64,000 nucleotides of DNA from Candidatus Merdicola faecigallinarum (lineage in GTDB: Bacteria > Bacillota > Clostridia > TANB77 > CAG-508): contig DVNH01000006.1 of the NCBI GenBank assembly GCA_018714565.1, positions 1,277-65,276 on the forward strand, in the 5' to 3' direction. Positions 1-9,150 of this stretch are shown one piece after another; positions within the stretch are counted from its first letter, which is position 1; each line of letters starts with the position of its first letter. Both the position numbers and the translations under genes were made by a program. The notes under the pieces were generated by a model, which saw only the letters and a list, made by a program, of their open reading frames with translations, did no database searches and was not told the origin of the DNA.

Positions 1-791
1 ATTTCTGCATCGTCTAAACGATAAGATTCGAAGAATTCATATTTCCTTCCGGTCATTTTTTCGAAATCCTTTGATACTTCTGCAATTACTTTTTTTGCTC
101 TTTTCATTGCTTCTGCTTGTTGAGCTTTATGTTCAAATAAATAAGCTTGTAAATCTAAAGGACCAATTGCAATTGGTTCATTTCGATTTAGTAGATAATG
201 TTCTGGTTTATAAGTTCCTACAAACTCTTTTACTTTTTCATCTTCTACTAATTCGATATTTTCGATAGAATGAGATGTAATAAAACCATCTTGGCAAACC
301 ATTAAAGGTAGTTTTACATCTGGATGTTCTGCAATACGATGAGCCATTAAAAGGTTATCGTAAGCTTCTTGGTTTGTTTCAGAAAATAACATGATCCATC
401 CAGCATCTCTTACACCCATTGCATCAGAGTGATCACAATGAATATTAAGAGGTCCTGATACAGCACGATTTACTAAAGACATTACAATAGGAAGTCTTAA
501 GCTAGATGCGATATAAATCATTTCCCACATTAAAGATAATCCATTTGCAGATGTTGCTGTCATTGCCCTTACACCTGCTGCTTCTGCACCAATACATGCA
601 CTCATCGCACTATGTTCACTTTCAACAGCAACAAATTCAGTATCTACTGTTCCATTTGCTACAAAAGTTGAGAAATATTGAGGTATTTCAGTAGAAGGAG
701 TAATTGGAAAAGCAGCTACAACATCTGGATTAATTTGTTTCATTGCAATTGCAGCAGCTTCATTACCACTTAAACGTTCTCTAATTCCCAT
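1..791 (-). CDS. porA: 2-oxoacid (pyruvate/ketoisovalerate):ferredoxin oxidoreductase alpha subunit, N-terminal part (gene runs off the left edge)
   Basis: My own minus-strand translation from the ATG at 791-789 reads MGIRERLSGNEAAAIAMKQINPDVVAAFPITPSTEIPQY... and stays open to position 1. The ATG overlaps the TAA of the delta-subunit gene (TAATG). It is absent from the ORF track because no stop lies in the window. It follows the gamma and delta genes in the usual order. Confidence 0.8.
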   Translation of the reverse strand, partial: MGIRERLSGNEAAAIAMKQINPDVVAAFPITPSTEIPQYFSTFVANGTVDTEFVAVESEHSAMSACIGAEAAGVRAMTATSANGLSLMWEMIYIASSLRLPIVMSLVNRAVSGPLNIHCDHSDAMGVRDAGWIMLFSETNQEAYDNLLMAHRIAEHPDVKLPLMVCQDGFITSHSIENIELVEDEKVKEFVGTYKPEHYLLNRNEPIAIGPLDLQAYLFEHKAQQAEAMKRAKKVIAEVSKDFEKMTGRKYEFFESYRLDDAE

Positions 792-1099
792 TATTCAGTT
801 CCCTCCTCTTTCATTGATATTGCATTAAAAGGACATACTTTTGCGCATACGCCACATCCTTTGCAAAAATCATAATTAAAATCTTTTCTTTTTAAATCAT
901 CTTTTCCTACTGGAATTGCATTTTCTGGACATACAGGGAAGCAAAGTCCACATTGTTTGCATTTTTCGCTATCAAATACAGGGCGTACACTTCTCCAGTC
1001 TCCTGTTTTAAAGTTTTTTGCATTTCCAGCTTCATAAATATCTCCACCAGGAGTTAGCTTATCCATAGGAGTTGATACATTAATGTTTACTTCTGACAT
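791..1099 (-). CDS. porD: 2-oxoacid:ferredoxin oxidoreductase delta subunit (2x[4Fe-4S] ferredoxin-like)
   Basis: 102 aa with two CxxCxxCxxxCP motifs (CKQCGLCFPVCP, CKGCGVCAKVCP). It sits between the gamma and alpha subunit genes. Confidence 0.85.
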   Translation of the reverse strand: MSEVNINVSTPMDKLTPGGDIYEAGNAKNFKTGDWRSVRPVFDSEKCKQCGLCFPVCPENAIPVGKDDLKRKDFNYDFCKGCGVCAKVCPFNAISMKEEGTE

Positions 1100-1142
1100 T
1101 TTTTATCTTCCTTTCTTACTTAATATAATTGATCATATCAAG

Positions 1143-1721
1143 CTAGATTTTTTTAACTTGTTTTAAAGCAAGTTCAATTGCTTTCATATTACCATCGATT
1201 ACTTCTGGTTTTTTAGCAAATTTATGCTTAAATGAACCTTCCATATCTTTTAAGAATTCATCATCTTCCATAATATGAGCAACTTTAACAATTGCTGCAA
1301 GCATAGGTGTATTTGGAAAATATTTACCTAATGCTTCTAAAGAAATAGAGCGAGCATCAATTGTATAAATTGATCCTTTATAATCTCCTAATACCCTTTT
1401 TAAATATTCTTCGCTCTTTGTTGTATTAATAACAATTGCGCCAGTTTCTTTTAATCCACTTGTTACATTTACAGATTCTAATAAAGTATCATCAACAACT
1501 ACTACATAATCTGGTTCATAGATATTACTATGAATTGTAATTGGTGTTGTGCTAATACGGTTATAGGCAGTAATAGGTGCACCCATACGTTCAGGACCAT
1601 ATTCTGGAAAACCTTGGATGTACTTACCAGTATTAAATGCTGCATCAGCTAATAATAATGAAGCTGTTTTAGCCCCTTGACCACCTCTACCATGCCATCT
1701 GATTTCAATTAAATTATCCAT
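1143..1721 (-). CDS. porG: 2-oxoacid:ferredoxin oxidoreductase gamma subunit
   Basis: 192 aa. The N-terminus IRWHGRGGQGAKTAS is typical of POR/VOR gamma subunits. An SD (GGAGGGAAA) precedes the ATG. Confidence 0.85.
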   Translation of the reverse strand: MDNLIEIRWHGRGGQGAKTASLLLADAAFNTGKYIQGFPEYGPERMGAPITAYNRISTTPITIHSNIYEPDYVVVVDDTLLESVNVTSGLKETGAIVINTTKSEEYLKRVLGDYKGSIYTIDARSISLEALGKYFPNTPMLAAIVKVAHIMEDDEFLKDMEGSFKHKFAKKPEVIDGNMKAIELALKQVKKI

Positions 1722-1840
1722 GATTTAGAATTTCCCTCCTTATTTTGGTAATCATACTAATATACACATCCAGTATATTCTTAAAACAAGTTGATGTCAA
1801 GAAAAATAAAAAGAATAACCGACCGTACGGAACAGTTAAT

Positions 1841-1985
1841 GCAAAGCAATCTGTACATATGGCGAAGCCACTTTTCTTATTACGCAGGAAATTTCGAAAG
1901 AAATTTCTGGAGTAACAAGGTTAAGTTACCTTAGTCTGTGCGATTGCAAAGCAATCTGTACATATGGCGAAGCCACTTTTCTTAT
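1841..1985 (+). repeat. Intergenic repeat family, locus 1: the 3' 40 nt of a unit followed head-to-tail by a full 105-nt unit
   Basis: The 40-mer GCAAAGCAATCTGTACATATGGCGAAGCCACTTTTCTTAT occurs at both 1841-1880 and 1946-1985. The unit at 1881-1985 contains the hairpin GAAATTTC-GAAA-GAAATTTC (1888-1907). The same unit is seen at five other loci. Confidence 0.9.
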
Positions 1986-2075
1986 AATAAATATTGAGAT
2001 ATAATAGGATGTGATCCTATTTGGAAAAAAATTAAGGTAGGATATGATAATAAAAAGTAAAGATAGGAGTAAAAA

Positions 2076-3332
2076 ATGATAGAAAAGATTGCTGAAAAAA
2101 TAAAGAAAAATGGTGGAAACTTATATTTAGTAGGAGGAGCCATTAGAGATGAGTTATTAGGGAAAACACAGTTTGATGAAGATTATTGCATTACAGGGTT
2201 AACACAGGAAAGATTTAAAGAGTTATTTCCGGAAGCAAAATGGATTGGAAAATCTTTTGGGGTATTTCAATTGGAGAAAAAAGAATTTGCTTTAGCAAGA
2301 AGTGAAATAAAAAAAGGGATAGGTCATACAGAGTTTGATGTAATGTTAGATCCTGAAATCTCTATAGAGGAAGATTTAAGAAGAAGAGATATTACAATTA
2401 ATGCAATTGCAAAAGATATGATTACAGGAGAAATCATTGATCCTTTTGGAGGAAGAGAAGATATTGAGAATAAAAAAATAAGATATATTTCGAATCATTT
2501 TTCAGAAGATCCTTTAAGGGTTTATCGAGTAGCAAGGTTTGCTGCAACATTAGAATTTGATGTAGATGAAAGAACCATAAAAATTATGAAAAATATGAAA
2601 CAAGAACTAAAATCGCTATCAAAAGAAAGAGTTTTTTTGGAGCTTCGTAAAGCATTAATAGCAAAAAAACCATCTATCTTTTTTCGCGTTCTAAAAAAAG
2701 CAGAAGTATTAGATGTGCATTTTAAAGAGATATATGATTTAGTAGGAAGTTTGCAACCAGAAAAATATCATCCCGAAGGGGACAGTTATGAACATACAAT
2801 GCAAGTATTAGATAAAGTGGCAGAATATACGGAAGACGAAACTTTAAGATTTGCAGCCCTTGTGCATGACTTGGGGAAAGGAACAACGCCGAAAGAATCT
2901 TATCCACATCATTATGGACATGATAAAAGAGGAGTAGCACTTGTACAAAACTTAGGAGAACGAATAGGACTACCAAGTAAATGGATAAAGTATGGAAAAG
3001 TTGCGGCAAAAGAACATATGCTAGGCGGGATTTTTAGAAAAATGTCACCAGGGAAGCAAGTTAGCTATATCGAAAGAGTTGAAAAAACGGAAATAGGATT
3101 GGAAGGAATGCAACTAATTGTAAATGCAGATCGAGAAGGAAGAGGAAATTACAAAGAAACAGAGGAGGAAAAGAAAAATAGTCAGTTTTTAGAAATCGGA
3201 AAAGAATGTATCCAAACAATAAATGCAAAAAAGATTATAGAAAAATATGGAAAAATAGAAGGAAAACAATTTGGAGAATTATTACATCAAGAAAGAATTG
3301 CATGGTTGAAACAGAAAAACATTGACTTTTAG
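2076..3332 (+). CDS. cca: CCA-adding tRNA nucleotidyltransferase / poly(A) polymerase family protein with C-terminal HD domain
   Basis: 418 aa with the N-terminal LVGGAIRDELLG nucleotidyltransferase motif, RRDITINA, and HD residues (VHDLGK). An SD is present. Confidence 0.8.
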   Translation: MIEKIAEKIKKNGGNLYLVGGAIRDELLGKTQFDEDYCITGLTQERFKELFPEAKWIGKSFGVFQLEKKEFALARSEIKKGIGHTEFDVMLDPEISIEEDLRRRDITINAIAKDMITGEIIDPFGGREDIENKKIRYISNHFSEDPLRVYRVARFAATLEFDVDERTIKIMKNMKQELKSLSKERVFLELRKALIAKKPSIFFRVLKKAEVLDVHFKEIYDLVGSLQPEKYHPEGDSYEHTMQVLDKVAEYTEDETLRFAALVHDLGKGTTPKESYPHHYGHDKRGVALVQNLGERIGLPSKWIKYGKVAAKEHMLGGIFRKMSPGKQVSYIERVEKTEIGLEGMQLIVNADREGRGNYKETEEEKKNSQFLEIGKECIQTINAKKIIEKYGKIEGKQFGELLHQERIAWLKQKNIDF

Positions 3333-3416
3333 AGCTTTTTCGTATATTATAGTAATGTCAAATTTTATGTTTATAGAAAGTTATTTAAAGAAAATAACTT
3401 CAAGGAGGAAGAGTTT

Positions 3417-4211
3417 ATGGGAGAAGTTATCGTAATAACATCGGGGAAAGGTGGAGTAGGAAAAACAACGACAACAGCTAATTTAGGTTCTGCTTTAGCT
3501 TTAGAAGGAAAAAAGGTAGTATTAGTAGATACAGATATAGGGCTTCGTAACTTAGATGTTGTAATGGGACTAGAAAATAGAATTGTATATGACATTGTAG
3601 ATGTTGTAGAAGAAAAATGTAAATTAAGACAAGCTTTGATTAAAGATAAACGTTTTCAAGAACTTTTCTTATTACCAGCCGCTCAAACAAGAGATAAAAG
3701 TGCAATAACAGAAACACAAATGAAAGAACTAGTAAATAAACTAAAAGAAGAATTTGACTATATTTTAATTGATTGTCCAGCAGGAATTGAACAAGGATTT
3801 AAAAATGCAATTGTAGGTGCAGATCGAGCAATTGTTGTTACAATGGCTGAAATTTCAGCCATTCGTGATGCAGATAGAATTATTGGTTTATTGGAATCCT
3901 CACAAATTAAAAATCCACAATTAGTGGTAAATAAATTAAGACCAGAAATGGTTAAAAGAGGAAAAATGATGGATGTTGACGATATTGTTGATTTATTGTC
4001 AATTGATCTTATTGGTGTTGTACCAGATGATGAATATATTATTACACAAACCAATAAAGGAGAACCAGTTATTTCTAATCGAAAAGCTCCTTCTGGAAAA
4101 GCATATATGGAGATCGCAAAGCGAATCCTTGGAGAAAATATAGAAGTAACAATACCAGGTAGAGAGAAAGGTCTTTTTGCTAAGTTTAAAAGATTATTCG
4201 GAAAAAAATAA
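3417..4211 (+). CDS. minD: Septum site-determining ATPase MinD
   Basis: 264 aa with the deviant Walker A motif SGKGGVGKTT. Full-length MinD-like sequence with a C-terminal amphipathic helix (KGLFAKFKRLFG). Confidence 0.95.
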   Translation: MGEVIVITSGKGGVGKTTTTANLGSALALEGKKVVLVDTDIGLRNLDVVMGLENRIVYDIVDVVEEKCKLRQALIKDKRFQELFLLPAAQTRDKSAITETQMKELVNKLKEEFDYILIDCPAGIEQGFKNAIVGADRAIVVTMAEISAIRDADRIIGLLESSQIKNPQLVVNKLRPEMVKRGKMMDVDDIVDLLSIDLIGVVPDDEYIITQTNKGEPVISNRKAPSGKAYMEIAKRILGENIEVTIPGREKGLFAKFKRLFGKK

Positions 4212-4243
4212 AGGAACAAAATCATAGTGGAGGTTAAGAAAAG

Positions 4244-4720
4244 ATGTTTGAAGGCATTAAGAATTTTTTTAAAAAAATAGCAAAGACAGAAAGCCAAGAT
4301 AATAGTTCAAAAGAAACTGCAAAAGAGAGATTACATTTAGTATTGATGCAAGATCGTGCAAATGTATCTGCAGATTTCTTAGAAATGATGAAACAGGAAA
4401 TCATTGAAGTAATAAAAAAATATATTGATGTAGATGAAAATGCAATCGATGTAAGACTTACAAATAAGACAAATGATGATGGAACAAACGGAGCGCCAGC
4501 TTTGTATGCTAATATTCCAATTATTAGCATTAAGGAAGGATCTAGGGAGTATAGTAAAAAAGAAGAGCAAAGCAAAGTAGAAGAGAAAGTAGAATTAAAA
4601 CAAGAAGAAAAAGTAGATGAAAAAATAAGTCAGGAAGGAAAAGAAGAACAGAATCAAACAGAATCAGAAAAACAAGAAGAGAAAATAGAAGATGTGGAAA
4701 AAGTGGAGGATGTAAAATAA
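4244..4720 (+). CDS. minE: Cell division topological specificity factor MinE with a long Glu/Lys-rich C-terminal extension
   Basis: The first ~95 aa are MinE-like (KERLHLVLMQDR...IEVIKKYI). The remaining ~63 aa are a low-complexity E/K tail. It lies directly after minD. Confidence 0.85.
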   Translation: MFEGIKNFFKKIAKTESQDNSSKETAKERLHLVLMQDRANVSADFLEMMKQEIIEVIKKYIDVDENAIDVRLTNKTNDDGTNGAPALYANIPIISIKEGSREYSKKEEQSKVEEKVELKQEEKVDEKISQEGKEEQNQTESEKQEEKIEDVEKVEDVK

Positions 4721-4744
4721 GAAAAACATAATAGAGGTTAATAA

Positions 4745-5851
4745 ATGAGAAAGAAAATTTTAAAAAATGTAGATTGGGGAATTTTAATATGTAGCATTAT
4801 ATTATGCGTGATAGGAATGATTGCTTTATTCTCTGCTACACAGGAAACGGGCTATAGTGATCTGAAAAAGCAGATGCTTTGGTTTATTGTAAGTATTCCT
4901 GTTATCTTAATTTTGATATTTGTAGATTATGAATTAATTGCTAAAATATCCCCTGTATTTTATGGGATTTTTATCATATTATTAGTTGCTGTATTGTTTA
5001 CAGAACCAATTAATGGAGCAACGAGCTGGTTCGAATTTAAATTTTTCTCATTGCAACCAGCAGAGTTTGCTAAAATTTTTGTTATTTTAACTTTTGCTTT
5101 TGTAATTTGTAAAATACAAAAAAAGGGAAGAAATGAAATTAATAAACCATGGAAATTGCTTGTATCGCTTTTAATTGTAGGAATACCAATTCTATTAATT
5201 ATTAAGCAGCCAGATTATGGAACAGCAGCAGCATATATAGTAGCAATGTTAATGATTTTATTTACTGCAGGAATCGATAAAAAATATATTATTGGCTGTG
5301 TGTTAATAATAGCAATTGCAGTTCCTTTATTATATCAATTTGTGCTACCAGAGCATGCGAAATCAAGAATAAAAATTTTCTTAAATCCGGACTCTGATCC
5401 AAGAGGAGCGGGGTATAATGTAATACAATCCAAACTTGCAATTGGAGCAGGACAACTTACAGGAATGGGAATATTAAAGGGAAATCAAACACAATTAGGA
5501 TTTTTGTATCCAAAGACAACAGATTTTATCTTTTCCGTAATAGGAGAAGAAATGGGATTTGTGGTGGCGGCAGGAGTAATTATTGTTTATGTCATTCTAA
5601 TAACAAAAGCAATTTATGTTGCGAAAACAGCAAAAGACGATTTGGGATCATATATTGCAATGGGAATTGCAGGAATCTTTCTATTTCACATGGTAGAAAA
5701 TATAGGGATGACAATGGGATTACTTCCAATTACAGGAGTTCCTCTACCTTTCGTAAGCTATGGAGGAAGTTCATTATTGACAAATTTCATATTAATTGCA
5801 ATATTATTAAGTATTAGTGGAAGAAGACAAAAAGCAATTTTTATAGAATAG
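4745..5851 (+). CDS. rodA: SEDS-family peptidoglycan polymerase RodA/FtsW
   Basis: 368 aa, multi-TM, with PAEFAK, QPDYGT and LPITGVPLPFVSYGGSS motifs. It is positioned after minDE. Confidence 0.85.
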   Translation: MRKKILKNVDWGILICSIILCVIGMIALFSATQETGYSDLKKQMLWFIVSIPVILILIFVDYELIAKISPVFYGIFIILLVAVLFTEPINGATSWFEFKFFSLQPAEFAKIFVILTFAFVICKIQKKGRNEINKPWKLLVSLLIVGIPILLIIKQPDYGTAAAYIVAMLMILFTAGIDKKYIIGCVLIIAIAVPLLYQFVLPEHAKSRIKIFLNPDSDPRGAGYNVIQSKLAIGAGQLTGMGILKGNQTQLGFLYPKTTDFIFSVIGEEMGFVVAAGVIIVYVILITKAIYVAKTAKDDLGSYIAMGIAGIFLFHMVENIGMTMGLLPITGVPLPFVSYGGSSLLTNFILIAILLSISGRRQKAIFIE

Positions 5852-5861
5852 AGAAGGAAAA

Positions 5862-6839
5862 ATGATGTATATTAAACCATTAAAGATAGGAAGTGTAGAG
5901 TTAAAAAATAATGTACTATTGGCTCCTATGGCAGGAGTAACAGATAAACCATTTCGAATTTTATGCAAAGAACAAGGAGCAGGACTTACGTTCACCGAGA
6001 TGGCAAGTAGTAAGGCAATTTTTTATCAAGATCAGAAAACCAAAAAGCTTTTAGATATAAAAGGAGAATCTGGTCCAATTGGAGTACAAATATTTGGAAG
6101 TAATGTAGAAGCAATGAGAGAGGCTACAAAGTATGTAAATGACTTTGCCGATATTATCGATATTAATATGGGATGTCCAGCACCTAAAGTAGTAAAAAAT
6201 GGGGATGGAAGTAAACTATTATTGGATTTGAAGTTGGCAAGAGAAATTATCAAAAATGTGGTGAAGGTAGCAGAAAAACCAGTTACAGTAAAAATACGTA
6301 AGGGATGGGATGAAGACCATATTGTAGCAGTAGATGCTGCAAAAATGATAGAAGAAGCAGGAGCTGCAGCAATTACAATTCATGGTAGAACAAGAGCAGA
6401 ATTTTATAGTGGGAAAGCAGATTTAGAAATAATAAGAAAAGTAAAAGAATCTGTTTCAATACCTGTAATTGGGAATGGTGATATTTTTGATGAGGAGTCT
6501 GCTGAAAATATGTTTAAGCAGACGGGTGTAGATGGAATTATGTGTGCAAGAGGGACGTTTGGAAATCCTTGGATTTTTCGAGAGATTTTATATTATTTAG
6601 AACATGGAGAAAAATTGCAAAAGCCTAGTAAAGAAGAAAAATTGGAAATGATAAAGAGACATATTCAAATGGAGGTAGAAGAAAAAGGAGAAGAAGTAGC
6701 AATCAAAGAAATGAGAAAACAAGTAAGCTGGTATATTAAAAACTTAAAAAATGCTGCAATGATAAGAGAAAAAATAAATCAAATCTGTAAGGAAAAAGAA
6801 ATGGTACAAGTTTTAACGGAATACTTTGAAAATCAATAG
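5862..6839 (+). CDS. dusB: tRNA-dihydrouridine synthase
   Basis: 325 aa with LAPMAGVTDKPFR, the DINMGCP catalytic Cys region and ITIHGRTR. Confidence 0.9.
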   Translation: MMYIKPLKIGSVELKNNVLLAPMAGVTDKPFRILCKEQGAGLTFTEMASSKAIFYQDQKTKKLLDIKGESGPIGVQIFGSNVEAMREATKYVNDFADIIDINMGCPAPKVVKNGDGSKLLLDLKLAREIIKNVVKVAEKPVTVKIRKGWDEDHIVAVDAAKMIEEAGAAAITIHGRTRAEFYSGKADLEIIRKVKESVSIPVIGNGDIFDEESAENMFKQTGVDGIMCARGTFGNPWIFREILYYLEHGEKLQKPSKEEKLEMIKRHIQMEVEEKGEEVAIKEMRKQVSWYIKNLKNAAMIREKINQICKEKEMVQVLTEYFENQ

Positions 6840-6948
6840 AATATAGTTAAAAAGAATAGAGTTATCTATTCTTTTTTTTCTTTTTGTAAGAGCAAGATTG
6901 AAAAAAGAAAAGATAATAAATTTTTTTCTTATTAGGAGGAAGATGGGG

Positions 6949-7608
6949 ATGGACTTAAAAAAAGCAGAAAAAAAGAAAAGAATAATAGTAGGAAAAACAA
7001 TTTGTTTTCTTATTATTTTATGTCTTATTGGATTTATTATATTTTTTGTGAAAAAAAATGATAAAACGATAAATTTGGGAAATAATAATATTAATCAATC
7101 AGCAAATCAATGTGTTGAAAATATTTTAAATATGAGTTCATACAAGGCAAAAATGGAAGTAACCGTTAAAAGTAATAAAAATACAAATCGATATCAATTA
7201 AACCAGGAATATCGAGAAAATTATGCAAGACAAATAATAGAAGAACCAAGTAATATAAAAGGACTAACGATTACGCAAGAAGAAAATAATCTAAAAATAG
7301 AAAATACAAAGTTAAATTTAACATCTATTTATGAAAATTATACTTATGTAGCAGAGAATCATTTATTTTTAAATTACTTTGTGGAAGATTATAAAAACGC
7401 ACAAAATTCTAATGCAAAAGAAGAAAATGATTTTATTGTTCTAGAAACCGATTGTAGAAATCAAGAAAATAAGTACAATATAAGGAAAAAATTATATCTT
7501 CAAAAAAATACAGGAAAACCTATTAAAATGGAAGTACAAGACATGAACCAAAAAATTAGAGTGTACATATTATATAATGAGATAGAAATAAATGGTACTA
7601 ATTTTTAA
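6949..7608 (+). CDS. Hypothetical membrane-anchored protein (possibly a LolA-like YdcC/GerS-type sporulation protein; weak inference)
   Basis: An ORF with an N-terminal TM helix (ICFLIILCLIGFIIFFV) and a ~190-aa extracytoplasmic domain. I moved the start to the ATG at 6949, 8 nt after AGGAGGA. The family guess rests only on architecture and on the position upstream of mazF. Confidence 0.6.
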   Translation: MDLKKAEKKKRIIVGKTICFLIILCLIGFIIFFVKKNDKTINLGNNNINQSANQCVENILNMSSYKAKMEVTVKSNKNTNRYQLNQEYRENYARQIIEEPSNIKGLTITQEENNLKIENTKLNLTSIYENYTYVAENHLFLNYFVEDYKNAQNSNAKEENDFIVLETDCRNQENKYNIRKKLYLQKNTGKPIKMEVQDMNQKIRVYILYNEIEINGTNF

Positions 7609-7711
7609 AAGATAAAAGAACAATAAAGCAAATATAATTTATTAGAACTATTTTCTTTATCTCGAACTAATATTTAAAATAAAAAACAGACTAATATTAG
7701 GAGTGAAGAAA

Positions 7712-8062
7712 ATGATTATTAAAAGAGGTGACATGTTTTACGCGGATTTAAGCCCAGTGATTGGATCAGAACAAGGAGGAATAAGACCAGTTCTTATTAT
7801 TCAAAATGATATGGGAAATAAATATAGCCCAACAGTAATAGCTGCAGCAATTACCTCGCAAAAATCAAAAAATAAATTGCCAACGCATATTGAAATAAAT
7901 TCAGAAAATAGTGGACTAAAGTCAGATTCTATTGTTTTAACAGAACAAATTCGTACGATTGATAAAAGTAGATTAAGAGAGAAAATAGGGCATATAGACG
8001 ATACTTCTGTTATTCATAAAATTAATAATGCATTAGGGGTTAGCTTTGGATTAGAAGAATAA
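7712..8062 (+). CDS. mazF: MazF/EndoA (PemK family) mRNA interferase toxin
   Basis: MIIKRGDMFYADLSPVIGSEQGGIRPVLIIQNDMGNKYSPTVIAAAITS... is nearly collinear with Bacillus EndoA. The start is set to the ATG at 7712, 8 nt after AGGAG; the track starts at an upstream GTG. Confidence 0.92.
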   Translation: MIIKRGDMFYADLSPVIGSEQGGIRPVLIIQNDMGNKYSPTVIAAAITSQKSKNKLPTHIEINSENSGLKSDSIVLTEQIRTIDKSRLREKIGHIDDTSVIHKINNALGVSFGLEE

Positions 8063-8072
8063 AAATAAAAAA

Positions 8073-8116
8073 TACACTTTAAACGATAGAAAATCAAGGT
8101 TTAAAGTGTATTTTAT
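8073..8116. terminator. Bidirectional intrinsic terminator between mazF and the HD-GYP gene
   Basis: A 12-bp stem, TACACTTTAAAC (8073-8084) pairing with GTTTAAAGTGTA (8099-8110), flanked by an A-run on the left and a T-run on the right. Confidence 0.75.
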
Positions 8117-8128
8117 TGCTAAAAGAAT

Positions 8129-9067
8129 TTAAACACGCAATTTTTTTATAATTTTTATTTCATCGTATAATTGATCAACCATAATTTTTCGAGTGACTAA
8201 AGCTTGTTTATATTCTTCCAGAACGTTTTGATAATTTTCAAAAGTTTCACCATCGGAAAAAAGCATACGCATTCCTTCTTTATAATAACTTATCTTATGC
8301 TCAGAAGTTGCTTGCATCATTTTTTGATGGTAACGATCAATCGTTTCTAAACGTTTAATTTGTTCTTTTAGAAAATCTAAATAACCGATTACGCAGCTAA
8401 TTTCATATTCGGTGTCTTGAATAACTACTTTAAAAAGAGCTCTTACTACTTTTTTATTTAAACGACCAATACGAACACCTTGGGCTGCATTATCTAAGGC
8501 TGCTGTTTTAGGATTAGGCTGAGCGTCTTTGATCAATAATTTTAAGGTTTCAGAAATATGGATATGGGTTTTATATTGTCTCTTAGATACAATAGCATCG
8601 TATTCATCAGCTACTTTTATAATTTGATCTTCATAAGGAATTTGATTTCCTTTTAAACCATCCGGATAACCAGATCCGTCTAGAGCTTCATGATGATATT
8701 TAGGACCTAAGGCATAAGGCCTTAACTTTAGATCATCCATACACATTTTATAACCAATTAAAGTATGTGTTTTCATTATTTCATATTCGCTATCTGTTAA
8801 TCTTTCAGGTTTATTTAAAATTTTTAAAGGAATAAACATTTTTCCAATATCATGTAAATAAGCACAAATTGTGCAATAAGAAATGAAATTTTTACGACAA
8901 TGTAAATATTCACATAATCTACAAACAATGCTTGCTACATTTTCGCTGTGTACACGAGTAAAAGGATCTAAGTTGTCAAGCATTGTTAATTGATAACGCA
9001 TAGTTGCATCAAGATTATATGATTTTAAAGTTGTTTTATCATAAAAATCAAATTGTGGATTTGCCAT
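8129..9067 (-). CDS. HD-GYP domain protein (putative cyclic-di-GMP phosphodiesterase) with a C-terminal helical domain
   Basis: 312 aa with HSENVA, LHDIGKMFIP and the HHEALDGSGYPDGLKG signature. An SD (AAGGAGA) is present. Confidence 0.85.
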   Translation of the reverse strand: MANPQFDFYDKTTLKSYNLDATMRYQLTMLDNLDPFTRVHSENVASIVCRLCEYLHCRKNFISYCTICAYLHDIGKMFIPLKILNKPERLTDSEYEIMKTHTLIGYKMCMDDLKLRPYALGPKYHHEALDGSGYPDGLKGNQIPYEDQIIKVADEYDAIVSKRQYKTHIHISETLKLLIKDAQPNPKTAALDNAAQGVRIGRLNKKVVRALFKVVIQDTEYEISCVIGYLDFLKEQIKRLETIDRYHQKMMQATSEHKISYYKEGMRMLFSDGETFENYQNVLEEYKQALVTRKIMVDQLYDEIKIIKKLRV

Positions 9068-9150
9068 TATTTTCTCCTTCGTATTTATTTAAAGTTCTTT
9101 TGTAATTGTTGAATGCTTATACTTTATCGATTACATTTTTAATGGATTAG

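Noticed and set aside
1841-1985. Possible CRISPR array, suggested by the 40-nt direct repeat
   Set aside because: There are only two copies, spaced by 65 nt of sequence that is itself part of the same repeated unit. There are no cas genes, and identical units are dispersed singly elsewhere.
3758-4575. Antisense ORFs overlapping minD/minE. Similar antisense ORFs lie inside cca, smc, the ATPase, PBP, purA, hydB, clpC, the GH18 gene and others
   Set aside because: Each lies opposite a strongly supported gene. They have low-complexity or hydrophobic composition typical of AT-rich antisense frames, and no SD.
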